A stretch of DNA of 56,430 nt, from assembly GCA_032718475.1 (NCBI GenBank), contig JAUCBJ010000627.1, positions 1 through 56,430 of the forward strand, read 5' to 3'. Origin of the DNA: Nemertoderma westbladi. Lineage: Eukaryota > Animalia > Xenacoelomorpha. The translations under genes were made by a program, and so were the position numbers. Positions 20,296 to 31,545 of the stretch are shown here, piece after piece; the first letter of the stretch is position 1; the number at the start of each line of letters is the position of its first letter. The notes below the pieces were generated by a model. That model saw only the letters and a program-made list of their open reading frames with translations. It was not told the origin of the DNA and ran no database searches.

Positions 20296-20592
20296 GTAAT
20301 AAATTGACACCATAGTTCTCACTCTAAAATTGTGTTTGGTCGGAAGACGACGCCTAAGAAAAATGTTGCTGAGTTCGACATTAGGTATCGACACAAAAAC
20401 AAAAATCGGGTGAGACACGTAGCTCAGATTTTCGTTTTTAGGTCGATACCCAATGCTGGAATCAGTATCATTTTATGAGGTGTCGTTTTCCGACCAACGA
20501 ATATACAACAAGTAAGATAATGTATAAATTATTAAGGAAATAACACAATGTCAGAGTGAGAACAAAAAATTAGATATGGTATCAATATATTA
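20296..20592. repeat. Long imperfect inverted repeat (fold-back)
   Basis: Inner ~70-nt arms 20336-20410 / 20430-20497; outer arms GTAATAAATTGACACCAT..GTTCTCACTCT...ATTGTGTT vs AACACAAT...AGAGTGAGAAC..ATGGTATCAATATATTAC. Confidence 0.85.
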
Positions 20593-20639
20593 CCATGAAG
20601 ATTACAAGTGATGAATTTTATTAAAAGCATTCAGTTATA

Positions 20640-21392
20640 TATATATAAATTTGCGATGTGGCATAGTCAACGAAGAAGAGATGGTACGTGTCATAATCAT
20701 CAACGAATAAGAAAAGAGATGGGGAGCAACGTGGATGAATAGCTGGCTGGTTGATTGCGTGGATAGGAAATACGTGAAAGAATATGAATCATAGGGTTGT
20801 GTGTAATAATAATCAATAATTATTATAATAAAAATGCGCAGTATAATGTTAGTGGTGGTGGTGGTAGCCTTTCAATATGGCACAGATGCTGTGGGATTGG
20901 TTAGGTTAGGTTGAGTAACTATGGAAATGTTCGTATACGTGTAGCTGGAACGTGGCGGAATTTCACGTATCATAGCGTTGGACTGGTAGGAGGCTGCTTG
21001 GTTGGTTGGATTGATTTGGCGACAGCCGTCGAGGAGTAGCCGTGCGTGGCTAGCGGTGGTGAGTTGGCAATCGATATATAATATAAAATAGGGTAGTGGG
21101 GGCTAGCCATGCATCGTGAAGTTAGGTTATGCGAAGATGAATATGCGATGGTTGGTTGATGCAACAACACGAATCAATACTCACGGTTGGTAACAGCTAT
21201 CGAGTAAGGCAGGCATCGTGAGGTTAGGCTACGCGTAGGCGATAGGCAATGATTGGTTGAAGGCATCGATACTGTTGGTGACAGATGGTCATTAAACATC
21301 GCGATTTAGCACGTTTTTAATAGCCCTCCGAGATGCAGCCCGTAGCCCAGGCTAGGGAGGAGTTCGCGGGGGGACACTCTTCTTCTACTACT
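20640..21392 (-). repeat. Probable Polinton right terminal inverted repeat (inner boundary unknown)
   Basis: Non-coding, internal duplication (21111-21158 vs 21213-21260), begins AGTAGTAGAAGAAGAG on the minus strand. Confidence 0.6.
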
Positions 21393-21462
21393 CCTGTAGC
21401 TCTGGGTCCAGTAGCTTTAGGTCCTGGCGCATTAGGTCATGTAGCATTGGGTCCTGGTAGCA
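21393..21462. repeat. Degenerate ~16-17-bp tandem repeat flanking the Polinton end
   Basis: (T)GGGTCC(T/A)GTAGC-like units, ~4-5 copies. Confidence 0.6.
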
Positions 21463-22009
21463 TATGATTGGTTTTCTATTCACTGATTTTACAATATTCC
21501 TAACTCTCGTTTATTGTTTTGGTTTCTTTCAACTCGCCTCTGTGCTCTGTAACCTGCTCCTTTACTAACACAACAGTAATACAGAAATAAGCAACCAGAC
21601 AAACAGTCGAGTATACAGCAGTTTTGCTAGTCCAAAAAATAAAGGGCAGAAAAGTACTTATATAGGGCATAAAAGTAGTAGAAAAAAAATAATGGTCATT
21701 TTGAGTAAAAAATATAGGGCAAAAAATAACTGCCATTATCGAAATATACACCCCAAAGGGTAGTATACAGTAGATCGTATGAACTATATACAGCACACAG
21801 CTGCACAGAGAAGTAAATATGGATAAAGTCAGGTTCGTCTAGGATCTACTGTATGTGTGCCTTGGATCTAAATTCGCCGGAAGATCCCGGTTTCTAATTT
21901 CCCAGCCACGATAATGTATAAAGTACGCCTAGGGTCGAATTTAATTAACTTGTATCTATAAATTATACTGTAGACCTACGGTAAAATAAAGAAACAGAAT
22001 TGGACTGGG

Positions 22010-22220
22010 ATAGTGGGACCGGGTTTTAGACATTTTAACTTTAAGACCGAGACCGGGTTTTAGTCATTTCATTTTTGGGACCGCGAGTTTATGGACCGGG
22101 TTTTAGGAATTATTCGGACCGGGTTTTAGGAATTTTCTTATGGACCGGGCAAAAATTGGGCCGACCGGGTTTTAGGTTCAGTGGACCGCGACCGGTGCCG
22201 GCCCGGGTTTTAGACAGTTC
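22010..22220. repeat. GACCGGGTTTTAG motif cluster, likely a DNA-transposon subterminal region
   Basis: At least six copies of CCGGGTTTTAG. Confidence 0.55.
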
Positions 22221-22260
22221 CAGCCTAAAGACACCCTACCGAACAAGTAGTTGGAGAAGG

Positions 22261-22829
22261 TACGGTGGCTGATCTTTGCCATCCAATTAATTAATTTTTT
22301 TTTTACTTTTTTTTTCTCAGAAGTTATCCATGACGTCATAATTTATGGTCGACCAAAAATTAATTTATGGTCGACCAATAATTAATTATTGGTCGACCAT
22401 AAATTATTTTTTGGTTGACCATAAATTAATTTACAGCGCAATTAACTTATTGACGACCATCATTGGTTAGGGTAGTGGGAAACCATCCAATTATTTGAAT
22501 GTAATTACTTAAAGTAACCAATGAATGGCTTTCCAAATCTCGCCTTACAAGGTACCGGGAAATTTAAACTTTCAGAAATTAATTATTTATGGTCGACCAT
22601 AAATTATTAATTTATGCTCGACCATAAATTATTTTTTGGTCGACCATAAATTATTTTTTGGTCGACCATAAATTATTTTTTGGTCGACCATAAATTAAAT
22701 TTTGGTCGGCCGTAAATTAATTTTTGGTCGAGCATAAATTAATTTTTGGTCGACCATAAATTATGACGTCATGGAGAACTTCTGAAAAAAAAAATAATTA
22801 ATTGGCAAAGATCAGCCGCCGTCGCCGTA
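22261..22829. mobile_element. MITE with long TIRs and 6-bp TSD (IS3EU-like ends)
   Basis: TACGGTGGCTGATCTTTGCCA... / ...TGGCAAAGATCAGCCGCCGTCGCCGTA; AGAAGG duplicated at 22255-22260 and 22830-22835; internal GGTCGACCATAAATT repeats. Confidence 0.8.
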
Positions 22830-23252
22830 AGAAGGCCCTGTGCAGCAAGGCGCTTTTCTTAGCATTATGTACAAGCAGTGGTGTGTGGAGTGAAACGTGG
22901 CACTACTGATTGTTGATCTGTGTTGAGCAATTCGAACTACAGAACTGCTGATATTGATTTATGGGACTGCTGGACTGTAAGCTACAGAGCTAAGCCCCTA
23001 CCGCAGTACCGTATACAATACTGCAGTACTGTCTGACTGTACAGCTGTAGGCCTACTAGCAGACTAGCCAGCAGACTAGGCCTACTGCTGTACTGCCCGA
23101 TTTCAAAGTAGGCCTATGTACAATCTCATGGATATATCAGGCGCAGACAATTTAAGTCAGGCGCAGAAATTCAGAAATTATGGGGTCAAGCGCCAGGCGC
23201 AAGCCAGCAAGCGCAGGTGCAAGCGCTGAACACTGAATTCGTGCTAAAGATA

Positions 23253-23704
23253 CAGTTAGGAACACTGGTCACTTTCTGGCTGAAGCTCAGCCAAAAATTA
23301 TCCACATATTTACAGCCAGACTGCCAGAAAGTGTCCGTGCAGCCACTATTTGTCCTTCACATGCTGTGATTATAATTTCGGACATATTTTGGCTGTAACT
23401 TCACTAGTCCTCAAAGCAGAACAGCAGAAGCTGGGCACATAAGGTGACAATTTTTACTTTTACTATTAATGATAGTTCAATGTAGTTATCCCAACGATGA
23501 GATTCAAATTCTCAAATTAATTTATACAGAATTTTATGGCGGTTCTAATGGTATAATTTTTAGAATGCCAATGTTAAAATTTCAATGCCGGTTTTCAAAT
23601 GAAATTTAGCATTGTTTTCTGTGGTGAAATTTCACTCTGAGAGCATTTTCCGCGGACACATTCTGGCTGTAAATTGGACAAATTGTGACCAGTGTTCCTG
23701 ACTG
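23253..23704. mobile_element. MITE family A copy 1 (CAGT ends, 5-bp TSD AGATA)
   Basis: TIR CAGTTAGGAACACTGGTCAC / GTGACCAGTGTTCCTGACTG; similar copy at 29415. Confidence 0.85.
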
Positions 23705-24102
23705 AGATATGAGAGGTGAAAGGATTCGCATACGCCAGTCTGCCAGTACGCATACTGCTGTACTGGCATGGCATAGGCGATAGGCCTACGGTAATAGGCC
23801 TACAGTAATAATCAGCTCGAATGTAGATTGAACATTATACAGTTATATAAAAACCATAATATAAAATTTAGTAGGCCTGGCCTACCGATACTGTTTGCAG
23901 GTTTGGTCTGTTGGTAGGCCTATAGGCTATCAGTTAGGAACATAACGCCCGATTTTGTCCTTTTGAACGCCCGATTTTGTCGGTAGAAATAGGCGTTTAG
24001 TACGCCAGATTATGTTTGGAACGCCAAAATTTGGCGTTCCATATTTATGAAGTATTGCCCGACATAATCGGGCGTCCCATTTTTATCACAGTAGGCAGAT
24101 AT

Positions 24103-25764
24103 CAGTAAGGTACAGTCAGCCAGTTCATGTCTTTTGTACAGCCAGATGGGGGCTGGATTCTGCAGTTTTTAAGTGGAAATCCCCGTAGCTTATCATTGGA
24201 ATTTTTAAATTTAAACGGGCACTCTCAATAAAATTTGGGCACGGAGATATTAGTATCATTAGAACCGGCTTCAAATTCTACACCTTGACGTGCTTGTACA
24301 ATAAATTTAGAGCTTGTATGAAGAAGTTATTGTAAATAATATAATTAAATCAAAAATCCAGCCAGATGATATTTACCAGCCAGATGGTGTCCAAACATAA
24401 CCTCTCTGAGATCAATCAGAGAGCCGACGTACTAGTATGTCACTCAAAAGCTCCCTATTGCCAGATGGCTGCCAATTATTTACAGCTCACTGGACTCTAC
24501 ATACATAGCAGTACCATTGACACAACAGCAACAGACTAACCAACCAACTAATAGACTACCGAATCCACAGCCCATACTCTGATACTGCAATACTAGTGGC
24601 AAGCCAAGTAGCCTACAACGCCGTGGGGGATATTACCCAGTAAGCTTAGCCTACTATAACAAACTGCAGAACTTTATTTAGCTCAACAGCTGTAGTTTCA
24701 TAAGGCTGTACTAAAAAAATAAAGGTGTAATATTGTGGGTTTGTTCAGAAGTGGAAAAGCTTCTGAACAAACCCACTTTAATTACAGTTGCAACAGCTCA
24801 TCTCCAATTTATTTAAAAAAATAAAATTAGATTCGTCATTGTTCATAATTAGCACATTAAAGCTTTTACGGCCCTCGTTCTATTATTTCACTCACTGTCG
24901 CTAGGGAAACAAAATCACTCGTGCTGTAACGCTATAAAAGTTCTATTTTATGAACAATGACGTATATATAGTTAATATTATTAAACTATCAACTATACCA
25001 TCAGACCATGGCATGACCGATGACCGCAATACTCAATTAGATAATATGTAAGGTAAAGTAAGGTTAATTACTTTATTAGGTACCGGTAATATGTAAGGTT
25101 AATTACTTTATTGGCTAATATGTTATGTAAGTTTATTACTTTATTATGTAATATGTATAAGGTTAATTGCCATCCATGTATTTAGATTATTCAATTATGA
25201 ATATTTTCATAAGCCATGTGCCATGTCACAATGTCTATTGTCTATCAGTAGCAGCCAGCTTATGGCTTACTTATGAGAGAGGAAAAGTTACATCCAAAGC
25301 ACAAACAGTAACGCTGCATAAGTTAACGCATTTTAAACTTTAACACAAAATCAACTTATTATTACAACTTACAAACTTAACGTAAGGTTAATTCAGCATC
25401 TACAGTTCACAGTTGTAATCCAGGCACAGCACCAAGGGGCGCCTCTATTTCAGTTATACCCAACCTCCCCCAGAGCGGCTACATCACAAGAACACCTGCA
25501 AGCATTGCGGCTATATCACAAGAAAATCTGTCAAGCATTGCGGCTACATCACAAGAAAGTCTGTCAATCATTTATCAGAGCTGGAGAGGGTTAACTCCTT
25601 CAAATCATACTGAACAAAGCAGCCCGATAACGGAACTGCAATTGGCCAGCCAGTTGATATCCAGACCAGCCAGGTGCGGGCTGGTGTTTCTATGAACTGG
25701 CTGGAAAAAAGTGAGATTTCATCTGGCTGCACAAAACCTCTAACTGGCTGACTGTACCTTACTG
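24103..25764. mobile_element. Non-autonomous DNA transposon family B (CAGT ends, 5-bp TSD GATAT)
   Basis: 23-bp perfect TIR CAGTAAGGTACAGTCAGCCAGTT; subterminal CAGCCAGATG repeats. Confidence 0.85.
24834..24962. repeat. Small palindromic element
   Basis: CGTCATTGTTCATAA / TTATGAACAATGACG arms. Confidence 0.6.
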
Positions 25765-25773
25765 GATATAGGC

Positions 25774-26454
25774 CTACTGTGCATCTCTAGTTCCCAACCT
25801 GTAAAAGCAATTCTTTGCCTTTGGGTCCAAATTGAGTCCAATCTCATCGAGGTTATAAAAGCGATTGGGGCGTTCAGCAATGTCTAATTTCGTCACTAGA
25901 TTATTAACTAACTGAAAAAAATCATCCAAAACAGTTGGATTTAGCCCTTTAACCCTCCCACCCAATGGTAACGTATTCGGGCTTACGCTTACTAAGTATA
26001 TTTGCATGCCTCCTCTCGAAAAGGCGAATCCAGGTGTATCCCGGGGTATTATTTTTAAACCTGTTTGCTTTTCCTGATGCATCAAGGTATGTTTTGATAA
26101 CATGCACCAATTGGCAATTGGTCCCGGGTCAGTGGCCAACCACATTCGCCTAAGTAAATTAATGCGGCAACCACATATTTCTCAACCTCCTCTGATAGCA
26201 ATGGTGGTGCACCACGCCCAAAGTGATTATGTCTACCTTGTTTCATTGGACGTTTTCTCGATCCACTGAAATCATCTAGCACCCATCTAGATAGAGTACT
26301 TTTTGCCTTTTGGTACCTTCACCTTGTACCTCAATCTCAATGCAACCTCACGCAACGATCCTTCATTTGTAGGATCCTTATAATGTTTTACAGCTTGGAG
26401 AAGTTTTTCTTCTGTATAGTTATCGACTGTTTTCCGCTTGAAAGTAATCGGCAT
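25774..26454 (-). pseudogene. pogo/Tigger-like transposase relic (HTH-psq, CENP-B HTH, start of DDE domain)
   Basis: YTEEKLLQAV...SLREVA; GRGAPPLLSEEVEKYVV...GWPLT; RFYNLDEIG; spread over three broken ORFs and truncated. Confidence 0.8.
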
Positions 26455-26473
26455 ATTCAGATATGGTATATAA

Positions 26474-27140
26474 CAGTCGGGCACTTTGTCAATATTGACA
26501 TGTTGTCAATATTGACATGTTCCATGTCAAAATTGACATGATGTCAATATTGACATGTTTTGATCATAAATTTTTTAAATATTGTGATTTGAAAAGTAAA
26601 AAATGTTTTTTTGTAAAGAGAATATCTATTTTAATTAAAATATTGTTGAATCCAACCAATGTAGGCCTATATTGTTGTTTGTAATAATTTTAATGATATG
26701 TTTTATTGCATGTCAATATTGACATCTAATGTCAATATTGACATGAACGCTGGGTTTTTATGTTCATTTCACCCCCACCAAATCTATTTAGAGGCCTTCA
26801 AGTAGCATCACAAATACTGAAACATTGCTGTCAAAACGCTTTAGTTAGAGGCATTCTTGCTGCATTATAAATACTGAAAAGAGCTTTTGAAACTATTCAG
26901 GCCTTCGCGCAGCATGTTAAATACTGAAAAAGAGCTACCGGTACTAAAACTAAAACTGAGTCTTTTACTTATAATTTCGATTTTTATATTTAAAAAACAC
27001 GTCTGGAAATATTTGAACACGTCAGGTAAAAAAATGTCAATATTGACATGTCCATGTCAATTTTGACATGCCCCATCCTGGAGAAACTAGCTCTACATGT
27101 CAATATTGACACATGTCAATATTGACAAAGTGCCCGACTG
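26474..27140. mobile_element. MITE family C (CAGT ends, 5-bp TSD TATAA)
   Basis: 27-bp TIR CAGTCGGGCACTTTGTCAATATTGACA; many TGTCAATATTGACA palindromes. Confidence 0.88.
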
Positions 27141-27378
27141 TATAATGTTAGTTTAAGACCAGATTAAGTCTATTAGGCCTAGTTAGTTCTGTCTGTCTGT
27201 AGTTAGCACTCCTTCAATGTGCAATATGTGTCAGCCGGTACATAAAATCAACTCCACAAATCCAGCAATCAGAATCATTCAGCCTCTCCTATATAGGCTA
27301 CGGTATATAGTCTAATAATTGGCCTACATCTACAAAGTACAGAAATGCAGTAATTGGTAAATTTATACAAACAAACTA

Positions 27379-28940
27379 GGGTAAACTGGGGTAATTTGGG
27401 ACAAAATCGTCCTTTAAAGCTTTTTTCAGAATCTTAAAAACATTTTTTTGATAATCCGACCTTATCAAGTATGCACCATGTACCCATTCTATCAAACTAA
27501 TTACTTAATTTTTATTTTCAAATAATTAATTACCTTTTTTTAATTAATATTCATCAGTGTCCCAAATTACCCCAGCATGGGGTAATTTGGGACAGTTGGG
27601 GGAATTGGGGACATAACATAAATCGAATAGTAGTAGCCCATTGTAATTGACACAAACTTTGTTGAGATATTGTACAATGCATCAATAAGACCAAAAGTTG
27701 GGATTTTAGAGACTGTTCGACACCATCAGTACAACAGTCTCCCGCTAGAGGGCTACATGTCAAACATTAATAAATGTCCTCCCATCTGCCATCTCTCTGC
27801 ATTTAATCCGACCAAAAGACAATGCTGAAACTTGTCATACTTGTATTAGACCGACCATTAGCTCATAGCTGTCATGTGTCATTCAAAGGGGGCTAATCTG
27901 CATGCAGTTCTTTAGTCTGCCGCTAGAGGGCCGAATATCTGAAAGTGAAATCCTTGGCTCATTCCATTATTTATGATCCGTTCAAGCTGAAACTTGTCAA
28001 AAATATGTTGTATGTCTGTCTGTCTTTAAGCCAGTATGTGCTCAGCCAGAATACATCCTGCATCAATGTGCTGCTGCTGCTGTGTCTTGGAGGGGTCGGT
28101 AAGTGGTCTGTCTGCATTTCTTCCAGTCTACCACTAGAGGGCAAAATGTATGAAAGTGATAACCTTCCACTTCCCCTGTACCCATCCTGCCATTTACTTG
28201 ATCGTAATCTGTTTAAGTTGAGTCTTGGAATATAGTGCAGTGCCAGATCACGTCACGACTACATGATGTGTCTTTTTGAGGAAGGTGATTCATCTGCAGT
28301 TCTCCAGTCTGCTCCTAGAGGGCGAAATGTCTGAAAGTGACATCCTTGACTCATTCCGTTATTTATAATCCGTCCTAGCTGAAACTTGTCAAATATGTTG
28401 TCTGTGTCTGTCTGTATGTGTATCAGTATGTGCTCTCTTTAGAATACATCCTGCGTCAGTAGTGTGTCTTCCAGTCTTGGTGGGGTCGGTAATTGGTCTG
28501 CAGTTCTGTTCTCCAGTCTGCTCCTAGAGGGCAAAATGTATGAAAGTGATCTTCCGCTTACCCATGTCTCCATTTTCTTCATCTTAATCTGTTTAAGCTG
28601 AGTCTTGGAATATAAGTACCTGACCACGACTACATGCTGTGTCTTTTTTGAGGAAGGTGATTAATCTGCTGCTGCTGGCTGCTGCAGTTCTCCAGTCTGC
28701 TGCTAGAGGGCGAAATATCTGAAAGCGAACACCTTACACTTGCGACTTACCTGTGACGGCTAGTCTACCCGACAGCCCTACAGCATTTAAAAGAGCTAGA
28801 TAAAGTATGAATCTAAGTGTAGGTCTATAATTTAAACAACCCACCAAACCCCACTGCACTTACAGTTAAGAAAAGACTTGTCCCAAATTACCCCAGCCTG
28901 TCCCAAATTCCCCCATGTCCCAAATTACCCCAGTTTACCG
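27379..28940. mobile_element. Non-autonomous TIR element (pogo-like ends) carrying a nested repeat
   Basis: GGTAAACTGGGGTAATTTGGGACA / TGTCCCAAATTACCCCAGTTTACC with subterminal copies. Confidence 0.7.
27735..28735 (+). repeat. Internally repeated fragment related to the Helitron-like element at 51518-52803
   Basis: Repeated CAGTCTGC(C/T)(G/C)CTAGAGGGCGAAAT.TCTGAAAGTGA and GCTGAAACTTG units, reverse-complementary to 51.7-52.6 kb. Confidence 0.65.
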
Positions 28941-29353
28941 GCTACTGAATTAGCTGTAACTGTAAGCCAAACTGTCTGTCGAATACACTAACTGTCCAAA
29001 ATTTGAACATGCTGTCCCGAATTTGACCTGACCCGAATTTGAATAGTTTACCCTATGGTAGGCCTATATGATATAGGTTTGGTATGGTTTGGAATGCAGG
29101 TTCGGTATGCAGTCAGCCCTAACGTATACTGCAGTAGGCCTACTGGTATACCAGTAGGCTTATACTGTCAGTCATAGGCTTACTGTCATAGTTCAGCTTC
29201 CTGGCACCCTGGAAAACACGCAACAGCGCAACACCTCTATAACAGTAACCAATCCTGCAATCGTCAGCATTGGCGCAACAGTGCAACAACCTACTGACTG
29301 ACCTAGGATTGGTTTATTCATTCCAGTGACAAGCAGACAAGTGACAGTGGCAG

Positions 29354-30284
29354 ACCGAACGTAATCAGGATCGAATGTAACATAGTTTTTACGAATCAAA
29401 TGTAACCTCAATTACAGTTAGGAACATTGGTCACTTTCTGGCTGAAGCTCAGCCAAAAATTGTCCACATATTTACAGCCAGAAAGTGTCCGTGCAGCCAC
29501 TATTTGTCCTTCACAGGCTGCGATTATATTTCCGGACATATTTTGGCTGTAACTCCACTAGTACTCAAAGCAGAAGCTGGTCACATTTTTATTTTTAATA
29601 TTATGATAAGTTATCCCAACGTTGAGATTCTAATTCTCAAATTAATTTATACAGAATTTTATGGCGATTGTAATGGCATAATTTTTAGAATGCCAATGTT
29701 AAAATTTCACTGCCGGTTTTCAAATGAAATTTAGCATTGTTTTCTATGGAGAAATTTCACTCTGAGAGCATTTTCCGCGGACACATTCTGGCTGTCAATT
29801 GGACATATTGTGACCAGTGTTCCTGACTGAATTATGTTACATTGGATCCTATAACTATGTTATATTCGATCTACCTACAAATTAGCCTACTAACTGACTA
29901 AGCCCGAATGCAGAATGTAACATAGGCTACATTTATTTCAGTTCAGCAGTTGTGTTTTGATTTCAGGAGTTAACCGATGAAATGCTTCGTTTATTTACAG
30001 TCTGAAGAAACTGTTTGCTGAGTAGGCCTACAAAACAAAGACCCAATTCAGCAATTAAGTAACCTGCATAATCTTGTAACATGCGTTAACTTTCGTTTAT
30101 TGTTTTGGTTCCCCCAACACGTATCTATAAAACCTGCTCCTTCAGTCCTTTAAACAGTTAAATGGCAATGTTACATTCGGGTTTAGTAATTTGTAGATCG
30201 AATGTAACATAGTTATAGGATCCAATGTAACATAATTGCGGTTACGCCCGATACGTAATAACTATGTTACATTCGACGTTCGGT
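29354..30284. mobile_element. Fold-back element with ~110-bp TIRs, left TIR interrupted by MITE A copy 2
   Basis: ACCGAACG...CGAATGTAACATAGTT...ATGTTACATTGGATCCTATAACTATGTT mirrored at 30170-30284. Confidence 0.75.
29415..29829. mobile_element. MITE family A copy 2 (5-bp TSD AATTA)
   Basis: Same TIRs and body as 23253-23704. Confidence 0.85.
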
Positions 30285-30663
30285 TTAAAACGTTCTGTCA
30301 TGTATCCTAACAACATAATGCATAATGCAACAGGCCGATTGATAGCTCAGGGTATAGATAGGACTCTCGGAGTTGGCCTAATATGTAGAGTACCGGTACC
30401 GTACCGGGACTGGTCTACAGACTTAGTGAGTAGAGGAGTAGGCTAGGCCAACTTCAGTAGGCCTACTAGCGCTGTAGCGTGCCGGTACAATTGTAACATT
30501 ATGCAATACAGCATTAACATAAACGTGAAACGTGACCAGGCAGCCAGGTGACCTACTAGGCCTATTCACTATTGCTTTATTGCAGTGCCAGTACAGGTAT
30601 TTATTGCCTTGTCATAACCTGATCAATAATGCTGGAACTGTAAGGGCAACCTTTAAATCTAAG

Positions 30664-31545
30664 ATGCGCGCCTTTAGTACCGGTACTCGGAATCGTTTAA
30701 GATTGTCCGCAATCCCGTACTATTTATCCTGGTGTTTATTCATCTTCATAACTCATGTTGTTTACAACATCCACAAATTCTTCAAACTCCTACGGATTTT
30801 TCTATACGTCCGTCTTTGGGATCGCGGTTCAGTACCTGAATCCGCTTCTAGGTTCGCCGATAGAGCCGTTAGAACCAGCAAAGTCCCGTGGCCGCCGTCC
30901 CACATAGGTCTAGTGATAGCCGATAAACGGGTTACCTACGAGACCATAGCCAAAGTCTGTGTGTGGTCTGTTACCTTGGGAATTGGTGGTATATCTATAT
31001 ACGACCCCCATGGGATATATGTTTGCCCTTCCAACATAAAGAGAATCCATTACCACATCTTTCAGACTATGGATTCCGTTCTAGGAAGCCATCGAAACGA
31101 TTACGAATTAAAATTCATGAGCGATTTAATCAACGACGGAGTCGAAACAAACGGCTCCGCTTGTAAAACAGACAATCAAAATAGAAACAAAAAGAAACTT
31201 GTTAAAACTTCTAGCGTCTATCTTCTCGGTCCTGGCAGCGGTTTCCGGGATATAGTCACCGCGGTTGGTCGTTACGTTAGCGGCGCTTTGCGTTCCGCTA
31301 ACGGTCGTATACGCGCTCCCGTGACGCCGAGAGAGTTGGAACGCCAAATGGAACTGTTCGAGTCGATAGGCGAACCGGAACTAATAGTTCGACTTGGTTC
31401 GATCTCATCGAACTTGGGTTACTTCCCCTGGGGAATCAGATTAACCGAGATGTTCTACTTACCGCATCCGAATTGGATAAGTTTTTCTTATTTCCGGAAC
31501 GTTCTGGAACGTTACATTTGTTGCGAACAGCGTTTCGGCAGGTAA
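30664..31545 (+). CDS. NUS1: Dehydrodolichyl diphosphate synthase complex subunit (Nogo-B receptor), intronless
   Basis: N-terminal hydrophobic segment, P.HIGLVI, VWS...GI..ISIYD..G, EPELIVRLG...LGYFPW.IRLTE, C-terminal CEQRFGR (RxG); first ATG at 30664. Confidence 0.92.
   Translation: MRAFSTGTRNRLRLSAIPYYLSWCLFIFITHVVYNIHKFFKLLRIFLYVRLWDRGSVPESASRFADRAVRTSKVPWPPSHIGLVIADKRVTYETIAKVCVWSVTLGIGGISIYDPHGIYVCPSNIKRIHYHIFQTMDSVLGSHRNDYELKFMSDLINDGVETNGSACKTDNQNRNKKKLVKTSSVYLLGPGSGFRDIVTAVGRYVSGALRSANGRIRAPVTPRELERQMELFESIGEPELIVRLGSISSNLGYFPWGIRLTEMFYLPHPNWISFSYFRNVLERYICCEQRFGR

Larger units (their letters stand above)
3589..21392. mobile_element. Polinton/Maverick (adintovirus-like endogenous virus); left end not in window
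   Basis: Co-located pPolB, rve integrase, A32-like ATPase, adenain, major and minor capsid genes; right end ...CTTCTTCTACTACT reads 5'-AGTAGTAG on the minus strand, a typical Polinton terminus. Confidence 0.96.

Noticed and set aside
3589-21392. Prophage or bacterial contamination
   Set aside because: Gene set (rve integrase, adenain, pPolB) is eukaryotic Polinton-type and contiguous with spliced host genes and LINEs
30532-30663. N-terminal extension of NUS1
   Set aside because: Begins at GTG; the first ATG is 30664
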